From the NCBI GenBank assembly GCA_910592345.1, contig CAJVPI010000022.1, forward strand, positions 1-64,000: a stretch of 64,000 nt of DNA, given 5' to 3'. The notes under the pieces are model-generated. The model worked only from the letters and a program-made list of their open reading frames with translations. It was not told where the DNA came from and ran no database searches. The translations under genes were made by a program, and so were the position numbers. Positions 12,327-29,046 of this stretch are shown in pieces. Numbering within the stretch: position 1 is the stretch's first letter; every line of letters begins with the position of its first letter. Origin of the DNA: Paraglomus brasilianum. Its lineage: Eukaryota.

Positions 12327-15300
12327 TTTTTTGTTATTATTCTTAATATTATTTGTTATTATTATTATGCTCTTATTACTTATTAATACTCACACGGTCC
12401 ACAAACTGCATACTTCTTCGAATCGATCTTCCTATCCATCTATCTACAATAAACATGTAACATGCAACAAAACGTCTCCACTATCACATGAAAAAACAGT
12501 CTGCCTGTGTGTAATCTTGTAAAGATGCTGATAAAAGGAAATACTATAGACACACATAGACACACATAGACACACATAGACACACCACCATTTCCAGAGA
12601 TCTTATTGATCATCGACTTGTTTTTCTTTCATAGCCCACGTTTTACATATCTGCCCGTATCAAATGTGTGCGATGTAGTGATTGGCTTGTAAGAATCTGT
12701 ACAGTTCACATGATTCATACTAAGCAAGTAATATCATGTGACTATAACTGTATAAACAACACACACACATATATACACATATACACATATATACACATAC
12801 TGTATATACACACACATACATACACCACATACTTGCACCATTTAATTATTATTTTTTTACTCTCAACAACTCGCATAAAAAATCTACTTATTCTTTATTC
12901 ATCTCACAATACAATAATTTTAAAAGGCGCCCGTTTCATCTCAAACACATTCAATTTATCGATAACAACGGAATATTTCCCAATCCAAACAAAGACAAAG
13001 TCACCAGACACTCCAAAACGGGTATAATCACAAGAGACTGCATGTCCGTATCAATGAATGTTCTTATTTCAATCGCAAAGAAAGACAAGGACTATACTGA
13101 AAGTGGATCAACCCGAATGAAGTAAAAAGGCACTGTTGAAAACCCAACTCTTTTGCATAATATCCATCTCATCATCTAATAACGCCATCTCCTTTTTCTC
13201 CTTTCCTTTCTTTCCCTTCCGTTCCCTTCCTGGGAATGCACATACATACGACATCATAAGTAAGCGCAGCCGCCCAATCTTTGTGCGCACGATCATAAAG
13301 AAAACTCTTTGTGGTTGGATGTGTTGATTGCATTCCACATGAATAGAACTCTGTTTTAGAATAGTTGGTCTTTTGAAAACACACACATTCGATCAATTTT
13401 CTTTGGTGGCGGGCGTCATATTCGTCTTTGTTGTTATTCCATCCCATCACCATCTCATCACCATCCCATCACCATCCCATCACCATCCCTTCCCATCCCT
13501 TCCCATCCCTTCATATCCATTCGTCCTATCACACTCACATATCAATGATCATCACATCTTTTTATAGGAATATACAGATTAACTTTAATATTCAATTACC
13601 CACACACAAATGTCAATGAGCGTCCAAATATCGTTAGTCGCCAATTGCCTTTTCCTATTTGCGTCACCTGTTTATCTCTTTATCTCTGTCTCTTATCTCT
13701 CCAACCAACTCAACCTTAACTCTCTATACCGCTATCTCTGTGTCCGCCCCAGCTCTCTTGTCATATGCTCATACACGTAATTATTATCCAATAAACTCTA
13801 TAACACAGTTCAATTGTCATTTGATTACCTGTTCTGTCGACGTGCATAGAGATACCATATTCAATCCGCAGGGTGCTGACTCAGCAAGGGTAGGTGCGTG
13901 GTATTTTCGTGAGGAAAGTAAAAAGTGATGTGAACGAGAGATTACCAATAAAAGCTGGCATGTCTTGTGCGTGCGTGCGCGAAAAACTAAAGCAAAGTAA
14001 AAGCGTACGTAGTATGATTATTATGATTATTGTCATCATTTCCTCGCCAAGTTTGCATTTATGTATATTGCTGTTCCCCAGCCTCAAGCAGCCACGTTGT
14101 GCGGAAAAAGGCGGGAAATATGCAAAAGAGGAAGGAACACCATTCGTCTTACGAGTTCTGGAAATAGAAATGATCTGTAGTTTGATGAAATGTTAAATGT
14201 TAATTAATATTAACTGCGTATAATAATAAGCGTAGTAGCGGTATTTCGTTGTTAGGACGTATTCATTGTTTCCCCTTAATAAGCTTTTCCTAGTTAAACC
14301 CACAACGTTTGATGATCTCGATAAGCGTAGTAATAATAATGTTAATATATTCGATTCAATACATATATCTTAATAAAGAAAGGCAAGTATTCCCAAGATT
14401 TTGACATTTCTAATGATTTTCCGCTCCTTATTATTAAGACAATAATGCATGCGTATGCAAGATGCCGTCGAATCGGTATAAAGAAAAATCTCAACAATGC
14501 GTAGGTAATGATGTAATTTCCTGTTTAATGATTGGTAGATGTCAACGGAACAAGGAGAAAAAAAAGGTTAGTTATCGTTCAACGTGTCAGCCCTGATTAA
14601 CATGACAGTTGTCAAAAAAAAAAAAAAAAAGAGTCAACCAAGTTCCCCTTTCAACAAGGCCCAACAGTCTAAGGCGACTGGATGAACAAAGAGCCGTTAT
14701 CGGTGATCGGATCAAAGAAAAGTTGTTCTTTTACAGTATAAACTAATATTATATCAGCGCATATAACGACAAACAAACAAATAAACAAACCAACACCGTT
14801 ACTTTGATCTTTCAACAAAGGGTTATGAAAAGAAAGTGGCAAAAAATTAAAAGATCAAATGATAAATGACGGATTGAGCAAAACGAATCGTATTAAAAGT
14901 CCTTTGCAAGAATGTTTCATTCATTTTTTTTCCATTGTATTGCGTCATACATAATGACATCATAGTAATGAAAATAGGAAACAAGTGGTGCTATGGACAA
15001 AGCACTATGGGAGGGAGGAGAAGAAGAAGAATACAATGTACGTTTATGTGCATGTATATGTGTGTCAGAATCTTATTATAAGTAGCCGACAAGACAATTC
15101 AGCATAGAGCAATGTACGAGTAAGGAAAATCTGCAAGACACGAGCTGTCACTCGACTAAACATGTTTAACAAGGAATGCAACGAAACCTTGGTTTAGTCT
15201 GTCTTATAATGCGTGGTTGTATATGGATGTATATGGATGTATATGGTGGTATGTGATGGATGTGTGGTCGTATATGGTCGTATGTGGTCTACATATGTGG

Positions 15301-16401
15301 TCTACATATGTGGGTCCATATTACTGTCGTATATGGTTTACACTTTTAATGTATTGCTGATCACTCGTACTCGCTACCTTTTTGACATCTTTCAAATCCA
15401 AGACTCTCGCCTCGTACTTGCTCCTTGTTGACCGTCTTTATCAAATTAACCCCGCAAACATGTATGCAAAATGACTCTAATTTAATTTGACATTGGATAG
15501 ATGATTTCTATTTTTACAGATTGGCGGAAGGACAGGCGAAAGGGTTGATAATAGGGATATTGTATAGACGAAATGATGATTGGATACCAAGAATTAATTT
15601 CGGTCGAGTGGGTGGTAATGTGATGTCGATGATGCATCATGTACTACCGGCGGCCGGAATTACGTTAAAGTAATAAGCGAGGGGGGGGGGGTGTTGAGGC
15701 GAAACGGTTGATAGTATAAATTTTATATTAACAGGTAATATTGTATAACAAGTATTAATGATTATTAATAATAATTGTCAAATAATAACAAACAAACATG
15801 ACAAATTAAGTAACATAAAAATAACGTATACTTTTTATATTATTTATTGTAATTGACTCTTTTTTTTTTTTCCCCTCACCATGTTCTGCCCCGTTTCACC
15901 GTTTTGGTTACAACATGATAAATATTATGCTTGTGTAACTGTATCGAATCATCCCGTTTGAAACATCACATCTTATCTATGGGGACAGTGCGATAGTGCG
16001 ATTAAACGTGGGAGCAGAATTTTTTGATGGGCACAACATTACATTTCAAAGGTCTGTCAAAATCTTATTATCATCGATGGCTGTGCGTATTTGGTGTTAA
16101 GACGAAAGAAATACTCGGCTAAAAAATAGTAATCGAGGGCTATCTTTATCGCCGTATCGGATAGTATCACATACATCTTATTGGTCAACGTATTATCGCC
16201 GTATCGTAATATGTTTTTGATGGCTCGGCACTTTGATTGTGAAACGGGGCCCGCCAGGGCTAGACTCTGATTACGAAATCGACTTCTGGTTCTGGACCAG
16301 AACGCTTCCCACACCATATCCTTAATATCATCATCCAAACATCCATGTGGGAACAATGGGTGGGAATGGACCATTTGAAAGAGAGCTCGAAAAAGAGAGA
16401 G

Positions 16402-16483
16402 GAATAGAATAGAATATAATATAATATAATATAATAGAAGAGATGGAATGGAATAGAATGGAATGGAATAGAATGGAATAGAA
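16402..16483. repeat. Compound pentanucleotide microsatellite (GAATA/TAATA/GAATG)
   Basis: Directly visible tandem 5-mers. Confidence 0.9.
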
Positions 16484-17459
16484 CAAGGGATAGTTAAGGG
16501 GAGACTGCTGTCATGACAAGTTTTACATTACATGATAGAACCCTTGGAATGTGAAATAGTCAGTGCGTGAGAATCAGAAAGTAAATGATCATTTAGAAGG
16601 AGACGATCGAATAATAAAAAGTATACGATACAATAAACCACGTTTTATGTATATATACAAAAGGACGTTAGCCAATTTTACATAACAGGCGGGCTACAAT
16701 GAGGGTATTTACTATTACCAGACACTGGGCATATATTGATAAACAAGAGTCGCCCTCAAAACCTGCCAGCACTAAAACAATCGCCTTTCTAGGACATCGA
16801 ATGATTCTTGCTCTCGCTTCCTTCTTTCGACTTGTCGGATGCTTTTATGTCATCCAATCATCATTTTGGCATTTGGCTTTTCTTGTATTGCAATGACAAA
16901 AGTGGCGCCACATTGATTGGACGAGAAAATGTGGGGTTATAGAACATGTGAACGTATAATAAAATAAAATAACAGAGTACAAGAATTCTATTGACTAGCA
17001 AAGTTTATCGAAAAAGGGAAAATTTTTTATTTTTTTTTCATAAACAATGTGTCATCATTGTTTTATTGTGTGTGGCTGTAGGCCACGAGTGAAAACTGAT
17101 GGCTAATTGTTGTACAATGGAAAGATCTCACTGAATAAGTTTTCATCAATGACTCATGACAACGCACAGCAACAACAGTAACAGTAACAGCAACAGCAAC
17201 AGCACACAGCACACAGCACACAATAGCAACACACAACACATACTACCTACACAACACATACATCGCCATCGCCATCATCGCCATCATCGCATTGTTATAT
17301 CATTGACTTGCTCTTTTCTCTCTTTTCAATCTACCCCTTTTTTTGCTCAATACATTAGCTAGTTCCATTGTAGTCTGCAGATGCGTGCACTACCAAGCAA
17401 GCAGCAAAAGATGCGCAGATTTAGATAATTAGTGAACACACAATACGAGGGTATAGAAA

Positions 17460-17519
17460 AAAGAGGGGAATAGGAGAAAGAGGGGAATAGGAGAAAGAGG
17501 GGAATAGGAGAAAGAGGGG
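17460..17519. repeat. 17-bp purine-rich minisatellite, about 3.5 copies
   Basis: Unit AAGAGGGGAATAGGAGA repeated in tandem. Confidence 0.9.
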
Positions 17520-18436
17520 TATAAAGATATATGACTTGTCAAGGAACGTATCGAACGGTGTATCGGATTGGCTGTCCATAGATGGCATATTGATTACGTA
17601 TATATGATATTTGTTTGATATAAAGAGTTATGTCATATCTGACATGTTATGTCATTTTCTACAAATTTATATTTGCAGAGGCATTTTGGGTTGTTCGTTT
17701 CAGTCACATTAACTAAATTAAGAACTGGAACAATAAGTAACATTATTTCAGCATTTCAGCGTGGTGTTCAGCATGGTAGCCCACGCTACAACGCCCAGCA
17801 AGAAATGCCATTGTACTCCCATGGGCGTTATGCCTAAACACACGAACATTCCAGCCCACACCCAAACTCATTTAACGAATAACTCTTTTGTGTTGTTGTG
17901 TTGTTATTTACGTGATTGACCTCTCTTTTTGTATAAATGTTTTCGTTGTACGATCAGTTCTTTATCGTTCTACGTTATACGGCAACGTAACACAGCAGCT
18001 CATTGGTTCATATGTAAGATATGTACGGTATGTGTTACAAGAATCAGCCATGTTGCTCAACAACAATCGACACAATCGTTGTAAATTTCACCGAAATGCC
18101 TATAGATTTGTCAACGAGGTAACCAAATCGATACGAGTTTTGCCCATTTAGGGTGGAAAAACGAGATTAATAAAAGGTTTAATATCAACGGGTAAATTCG
18201 GAAACCAACCAAGCAAGCTCTCTTTCGGAGAGAATGTTATATATGGGATGATATGGTGCTGAACTGGTGCTGTTGTTGGCTGTTGTTGGTTGTTGTGTTG
18301 TCGATTGTGTTGTTGTGTTGTCGATTGCTGTCTGCTGTCGATGCCGGTTCTTGTCCATTGCATTACTTGTCCTGTCCTGTTGCTCGATTGCTTGCTTGTC
18401 CATTACTTGTCTTGTCCTGTTGCTCGATTGCTGCTC

Positions 18437-18572
18437 CCTTCCTTCCTTCCTTTCCTTCCCCTTCCTTCCTCTTCCTTCCTCTTCCTTCCTTTCCTTCCCC
18501 TTCCTTCCCCTTCCTTCCCCTTCCTTCCCCTTCCTTCCCTCCTCTTCCCTTCCTTCCTCTTCCCTTCCTTCC
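18437..18572. repeat. Polypyrimidine (CCTT/CCCCTT)n tract
   Basis: About 135 nt of C and T only. Confidence 0.95.
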
Positions 18573-19499
18573 GCCTCATAGTCTTTATTCCTTATTCCTT
18601 TAACCCCCCTACGAATAATCACATCCTATTTTGTCACTTGTGTTCTCCATGTGGCAGCTCTATTTCGAAAGATAAAGAAGAACCGAGCACTTTGTTGTAT
18701 CACCCGTATCACCAGCAACAAACATATAGGATTTTTTTTTCTTTGTCTCTTTCACTTGTTCACCCGAACTGTACGCCCTAATTACATAAATAAATATAAA
18801 TAATATTACAATTGTTATTATTATTAATGGTAATGTTGGTTTATTTATATGCGAGTATTGTATGCGTTTAGACATCGGAACGTATAGGGATAAAGAACGA
18901 AATGTCACATTAATACCAGCTAATTAATTAATCTATTCAACTGCATATTAAGATTTGTATTCTAAACATTACACACTTTTTTTACAGTATTAACTATTTG
19001 TCCTACTTTATTCTTTCTATTCTATTCTTCTATTATTCCTTCATGCATGCACCATCGCACTCGTATCCCATCACCCACCACCCATCAGAAAACTACAAAA
19101 ACGACCCATTGCCCACCTGCCCCCAGCCTTTCGAACTCTTAACTCGTTTCTCCTGTTGAGAATAAAATTATACTATACATTTCGTCATAATATTATTTAT
19201 ATAACAAAATAAAAAGAGGGTATTTTATAGATTTGGAATTCCCCCCTTTTTAAACCCCTTCGTGTGTATATATATATATTCCCTTTTTCTTTTCTCTTGT
19301 TTTCTTACATGCTCGGCAAAAATATATATATATAAATATCAAACACGCGTGTGTGTATATATCAAAAAAAAAAAGTGTATCAGGAATACCAAAACAACTG
19401 CATAACGAATACTGCTGACGACGACAAAAGTCAACGACCAAGTCAACGACACTTATAAATACATTCACTTTCGCATACAAAATTTCCACATCATTCAAA

Positions 19500-21672
19500 A
19501 TGCTTCTACTACGATACAACACACTTTCTTCAAACGACCTTATCACATGTGAACGAGTAAGTAGTAAATGGTATACCACTTTTCTAACGGTCATGTCCTA
19601 ATATCGATATATCCATGTATTCTAACCAAAAACGCACACCTCCCCCCTCCATTTCTCCCCCTCTTCTTCAATAGACAATGTTAAAGTTCCTCGCAAACAA
19701 GTTACCAAACACAGGCATGAACTTTGCCGTCTGGGACTGGTCAAAACCTGAATTATACGGAATAGTGCTTGGCATGCTGGCTAAACTCGACCTGTCGGGC
19801 ACTTTGGGAATACGCAAATCAGAAATGCTAGATTTCATAATAGACGTCGAGAAGGGCTATTGCGCCACTTCCTACCATTCGTTCTACCACGCTGTCGATG
19901 TGGTAGCTGTATTATACTACATGCTGACCGATTTGGGTGTCCAGAAATATTTGACTAACCTCGACTGTGTGGCTTTGCTAATCGCTGGACTTTGTCATGA
20001 CATTGGCCATGTAAGTAAACAAATAAAGATGGATGTGTGGGAAAATTTAATTATTATGGTCACGTGTTATAATAGAATTATAAACTAACTGTACATACGA
20101 AATTTTTAGCCCGGTCTAAACAATGTCTACCAAGTCAATGCAAAAACAGAACTCGCAAACCGCTACAACGATCAATCAGTCCTCGAAAACTATTCGTGCG
20201 ATCTTACCAACGAGTTAATAACAAAACACAATCTGTTTGGCAATGTCCATCTTTGCCCTACCGAAAATTACGGTTTCGACCCCGAACACACTGACGCTTC
20301 CCTCCGCCAACTTATCAAAAAGACTATCCTCGCTACTGACATGGCTTTCCACTTTGGCCTGCTTGTAGAAATGGACTCTATGTTCGAACAAGCGTGCTCG
20401 TCCGAAGACTCGGAAGAAGAATTTGACAACAGTTGCCCTGCAAGTTCAGACGGATCAGCATCTTCTTCGCCGATATCGCCATCCCCATTATCATCCACAT
20501 CCTCAATAGACTCTTTCTTCACATCATTACCGTACACAAATCTCATCACTCTCGATGCTAATCAACGAGAACTCCTCTGCAAAGTGCTCCTCCATGCTGC
20601 CGACCTTAGCAATACTGTTAGACCATGGGACATTTCAAAGCGATGGTCGGATTTGGTGGTGGAAGAATTCTTCAATCAAGGCGACCTGGAAAAGAAGAAC
20701 AATCTACCAGTATCTCCAAATATGGACAGAGAACAAGCACATCAGTGTCAGATTAGTCTCAGATTCGGAGATTTTGTGGTTAAGCCTTATTTCGAAGCAT
20801 TTGCTGCTTTCCTAAATCCAGCTAAAGTATTCTTGGACACTTTAAAGAGCAATCGTGCTTATTGGGACGAATTGAAAAACAATAGCATAATTAAAGACGA
20901 TTCCACAAATACTACTACTCCCACTACTACCGCTACAACAACAAAACCTACTTCTACTTCAACCGCTACTGCAAACAACACGATACATGGCAACTCTTTT
21001 TCTTCATCTTCATCTTCATCCACCCGAATACCACCATCACCATTATCTCCTCTACCTCTACTCTCTACTCATCTCCATCACGCACCTTCGCTTACTCTAA
21101 CACCTTCACCATCATGTCCTGAATTCGACACCAGCATTTCGCAAACACCATCCGGTCGCCGCGTGAGTCTGGCTGCAGGCTTGGTGATCATTCCCGACGA
21201 TTTTCAAGAGACCCTATCTATGCAGCGGTCTCCGAAACATAGGAGGATAAAGAGGAGTTTATCGGGAAGGAGTTATAGTCACCATTCGTTATTACCGCCC
21301 TGTTCGATAGAAGGACTGTACGGAATTAATGGGGATTCGGATTCGGATGATGGAATAAACGATCACTATCGCTGGCCAACGAGAAGGAAATCAGCTGGCC
21401 TGGGTATCTCCAAGAAACACAGTAGCATTAATGATAATTATACAAACAATGACGACGAGTGCGATACCACTACTACTACAACTACATCTACTACTACATC
21501 TACTACTACATCTACTAGTACTCATAATATAAAAAAAAAGAATCACCAGCAACGGCGGCTTGGTCGAATGAGGCGAAGTAGCTCACTGGATCATAATATG
21601 ATTAAGCAGATTAGTGCCTTGTATGGTAATGGGAGTAATACTGAGCAGCGAGTTGTTCTTGCTGGTAGTTGA
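19500..21672 (+). CDS. Class I 3',5'-cyclic nucleotide phosphodiesterase with a long S/T-rich C-terminal tail
   Basis: Exons 19500-19556 (start tentative), 19675-20010, 20110-21672. Motifs YHSFYHAVDV, CHDIGHPGLNN, YNDQSVLEN, LATDM, AADLSN, EEFFNQGDLEK. Confidence 0.93.
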
Positions 21673-22687
21673 TAATGCATATTTTGGCGTGGTGCGGGTG
21701 CGGGGTACGAATATGCGGGGTGTGTGTGTGTGCCTATCTATACTTGAAACTTGATTATATTTCCCTTGTTTATAGTTATACATAATTTCTTTTACATATA
21801 TATATATAGTTTTTATCATAGACATGTAAATCTTTGGTTATTTTGCAATCATTCCGTCCTACATTCCGTCCTACATTCCGTATTACTATTACATCCCCCC
21901 TCCCCTCTTCCTCTACAAAAAAAAATTGTGCCTTTTCTTCCTTTCGCATTTTTTTCATCCAAAAAAAAAAAACCAAAAATACAAAATAAAATTTACAATC
22001 GCATTTTCACGTGACATCATAAACCGAGTGTTTCACATATTAAATGAACGGATATATATTTATTTGTGTGTACAAATTACGTCTGTACGAAACGACAAAA
22101 AGAATTCCTCTGTGCACAATATATTCAATATATTCCCTTCATGCATATAAAAAGACCCATTTAGTCTCCCTGCCTAACCAATAAAGCAAATAAGATACAG
22201 CTTACAAAGCGTCTATCTAAATTTAATTTCTGTTTCTTTGTTTCAAATCACAAACAAAGGACTATAACTTATTCACTTTATATACTTTAATTATCCTCAT
22301 ATGGAATGATCTACAATAATCATAACGACCGATAACCGAATCAAATATAAAAAAGTCAAAAGCCAGAGTCTAGGTAGTTGTAATTCTTGCAGGCGACTTC
22401 ATGAACGCATTGTGAGCGTAAGATATAATGGCTAAATATATAAATAGTTATAGAAATATAATAATAATAATAAATAATAAATAAATACTTACAATACTTA
22501 CAATAACTATAATATAAAAATATATTGCGTCTTTGGCTTGAATAAGATAAGGTTTTATATAACGATGCTTGGAACTGTACAGTACCACACATATATCACA
22601 AAAGATCTTAATTAACCAATAATTTATACCTCAATCTATGAACGGAACATAAGATTTAAACTTCAAGGTACCCCAACAATCACAGAT

Positions 22688-24954
<2,267 letters not shown>

Positions 24955-25286
24955 TGTAAAGCAACTCACAAGAAAAGAATTTCACTCTCGCGCGGTCGTT
25001 ATAACGATACCGAAAACGCTCGGTAGAATGTATGAGAAATGTCTTGGGGGTTAGAAACGAGGAATTCGAGCAGAAGAAGACGACACAAGAATTTTCCCTC
25101 GAGACAAGAGAAAAACCGTGCGATGTGCGGTTCAGTTAGCCTCATGTGATAAACACGCGAACAATCATTCGCCATGGGAATGAAACACAAGTGCTACTTA
25201 CCTGATTATCGTTAGCGAGAATATGTGGCGATTATTGTATCTTTAAACGTTTTTTTTTTGAGTGAATAACAGTTGAAAAGATTGAA

Positions 25287-28200
25287 ATGTCTTCTTCGAC
25301 TGATGTAGAAACGTTTCTAAAGAAACCCGACAATAGCACTACTGGGGGCCATGTGGTCGAATTCCTCAACTCGCGATTTCGCGAATTAGAAGATTTGGAA
25401 AAGCTTGACAGCATTTTGAGTAATATCAAGAAGCGCGAAACAGAGTCGGAGGAAAAGGTCTACAGAATTACAACCTTTTTTCTGCTACTAATATGAAATT
25501 GGGTGTTAAATGCTCTCGCCATTCTTATAGCGCGTAAAGACGCAAGAAAAAACGACCGAAACTCTCCAATCGTCTTTAAAAGCCTTTAAATCGACTGTAG
25601 CACTTCTTGAAGGTTTCCAAGCTACGCGTATGGATCTCGAAGAGGATTTGACTGACCACTGTGGCGAACTTACTTCCTCAGGCTCTTCTGGAATTCGTCA
25701 AAAACCAAAATCAAAAACATTCCTTCAAGACTTGATTCTCTTAAATGACAATATATCCGATCTCAAGGCTGCAAAGCAGTATCTGGGAACAGTCATGGTG
25801 GCGGAAGAGCTAAGGTAAGTCAACTAAACTGTCTCAAATTGGAAAGATTGAACTGTTGAATCCATATATTAACCAACCGTATTCATTATGTCTTAGTAAT
25901 CAAGCAACACAGTTGATCGAAAAGTCACCACAAAAGGCTCTTGTTCCGTACATGCAATTGGCTGAATTATCGCAGAATATTAGAAAGAATAATAATTATA
26001 GTGACGGAGTGGTCGGCAATCTTGATGAATATTTGATGAGGACAGTCGAAGCTTTATTATTGGAAATGAGGAGCAGGCTAACAAAGTATGCACTCTTGAT
26101 GATTGGGAATGCGGAAAATCTTTGTTTTTGCCACGTCTGTTTTCTTCCTCGTTTCATCGGCCTGTAAAATGCAAGTGAAAAAACAAAGCAAATTGCAATT
26201 GTTGATTGATTCATTGCTAATATGCGATTTACCATTCGTTGTAGGAAATTCCAGCAGACACTCGATGCCTTACAATGGCCAAATCCCATTAAATTGCCAT
26301 ACCCCCCAAACATGCGTGACAAAATCGTTGCTTTTAGGAAAGCGTTCATTGAATTGTTACTCCTCCAGCGTCCAGTCGAGAATCTTGATAATCGAACGTC
26401 GTCGAGAGACTCTACCAAGGACAAGAACCAAGAATTACCGCGGCTCATTCCGATTGAAGTGATGGTTGAACCTTTGATTTTACGATTCAGATATCATTTT
26501 GACGCCAAGAGGGGTACTAATAGAATCGATAAGGTTTGTGCTAATATGTAATGTTGCTGGTTAGAACTCTTAAACAATAATTGTGAAATTTATCCAATAA
26601 TCTACGTCAGCTAACAAGCATTTATATCGATACTAAAAACCCTCAAACAAAACCTACGCGTCTAATTGACTAATGGCTGGTTTTTGCATAAAGCCAGAGT
26701 GGTTCTTCACTTTTGTTCTGAACATGATACGTGATCATTCTTTGTTCATCGCTGAAGAGGTGCAAAGTATTCTCAACGAAGCCAAGTTCACTCTTTACAA
26801 TGCTAAAGTAAGTACGATGAATACTTTCGACCTTGTCCATATTCTATTCTATAATTACACTGTCGCATGTTCTCTCTCTTCTTTCTTCCAGAATGACTTT
26901 ATTAGAGCGTTACTCACTGTAGTAACGCATAAACTTAGTCATATAGCACCATCATTATTAAATACACCGCACATATTCTCTCATACAGTATTTGAGACTT
27001 TACAATTTGATCAAACCTTACGAGAAGTTCACTTTTATGTCCCGCCTGGACTAGGGGAATGGAAGGGATGCGTCGAAGTGTTTACTGGACGGAAAGAGTT
27101 GTTTAAAGCTTGGCTTCAGGTAGAAAGAGATTGTAAGTAGAGATGAACGATTCATATACGTAGCGTGTCTTATTTTAATTTTTTTAACACATTCAATACC
27201 GGTTTATTGGTCTTAGTTGCAGAAGCTCGTTATAATGATATAGTGCATGCAGAAGACGCATGGGACATTGATGAAGATGCATCGTCAGAAGACGAACTTC
27301 GGCCAACCAAATCGGCAGAAAAGCTAATCGACCTGTTAGAATTAATAACAAGTAATACATTCATTACATCCAAAATGTACAAATTTTTTGTTTCATTCGG
27401 ACTAACCACCTTGTATTGGTAAGGCCGTTACAAACCTCTCCCAATGTTCAACATTCGTATACGCTTCCTGGTTGATATTCAGACTGAACTTCTCGATGCA
27501 TATGCAAAGAGGATAGAGTCTGCCGTCAACGCTTTTGAGAGTCTTGGTCATTCTATTATGAAAGCAGTGCCCGTTGCAGGGGCAGTTTCTGATAACAAGT
27601 CGACAGAGGGTGTTGAGGGATTGAAACGGTTGTGTCGGTGGTTGAGTAGTGCTAGATACGTTTGTGCGGTTATAAAAGAATGGGGAGAAGATCCGGTATG
27701 TATATATTAGTATTAATTTAATGGAGCACGAATAACTGGATCAGCATCAGGGTGGGAGTAATTATTCTGTTTATGGAGAAACAGTGATTGCTATTAATAT
27801 CATCGTCCTTGGAATTATTTGCAGTTTTTCTTGGACTTGTGGCACGGTGTCAATATCCGTGCTGCCATGAATACAGACGCTGCCTCTTTACCCTCTCCTA
27901 TACATTCGGTCAGATCGTCTGAAGGTGATGCTCCTGACGAAGACTATGAGGCAAATGATACTTCAAGTAATGATGGGACTATATTCGACGGATCAGCTGA
28001 ACCGTATGATAGATTAATAGAACGTGTTGAGAGAATAATTGTCAGGAATGTATCCCGAGAATTTACGAATGAAGCAAAGGCTTACAATAGAAAGTAAGAA
28101 AAGTCGGATCCAGTATTCATTTTGCTTATGCTCTCTATCGGTATTTTCTATTTACAATTCTTGTTTCGACTTTTCACTAAGGTCAACATGGTCCCGCAAA

Positions 28201-28831
28201 GATATCCACACTTTCGAGGCTTCCGTTGCATTTCCAACATCACACTTGGATCCTACATTCGATCCCAAGAAAGCGATAGAAATCTCTCCCGAACTCTACA
28301 CACCACTCGCGCAGCTCACTCATTCGCTCACTTTTCTCGCAGATAATCTCCCTAATAGACATTTTCTGCAACTATATAAAGAATTGTCGAAAGAGATTGA
28401 GGATTACTTGTGGCATCGTATATTGATGCGCAATCAATTCTCTGAAATTGGGGGTTGGCAATTTGCGACTGATGTCGAGAAGGGATTGTTTACTATTGGG
28501 AGAAGATGGGTCAGGAAGCCTGAGACATATTTCAGAAGGTAAGTAGTTATCGTCTGTCGAGTATGTAAGTTTAACCAACCCATTAATCAAGCGTATGGTT
28601 TTGCTGCATAGGACACATGACGTGTGTATTTTGCTTACCCTACCAACCGAAAAGGAGGACAGACACAATACCAGAAAACAAAAGACCATCTTCGAAGTCC
28701 TGCACATTCTAACTAATAATGATGAACCAAATGCTATTCCAAGGTTATTAGAGGAATTGCAAATATATGTTTTGAATGCTGAAGAAGTGAGAGAAGTAAT
28801 AGAGAGACGAGTAGAGTTTTGGAGGCATTAA
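25287..28831 (+). CDS. TIP20: RINT-1/Tip20 family subunit of the Dsl1/NRZ ER tethering complex
   Basis: Multi-exon gene in consistent phase. Contains the diagnostic PLILRFRYHFDAKRGTNRIDKPEWFF, HTVFETLQFD, WLQVERD, RYKPL and WGEDPFFLDLW segments. Confidence 0.93.
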
Positions 28832-29046
28832 AGAAATATTATTATAGATTCTATTGCTGTTCACTTTTTTTTTTCGTGGGATTCTAGATTATTAGTATAT
28901 TCAAGAAGTAGTTATAAAAAGTGTACATTTTAATTCTATCTTTGGCACAAGGGTAATTTTTAATTTAATCCAGTGATATAAATAAATTTGCACGTGATTA
29001 TTGTAGATTTACATCACCTAATATGTGCAGAATGCCTACCATGACA

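Noticed and set aside
11383..18908. Many ORFs with repetitive composition (YIHT, PSFP, EGRE and similar)
   Set aside because: They are translations of microsatellites, open in several frames and on both strands.
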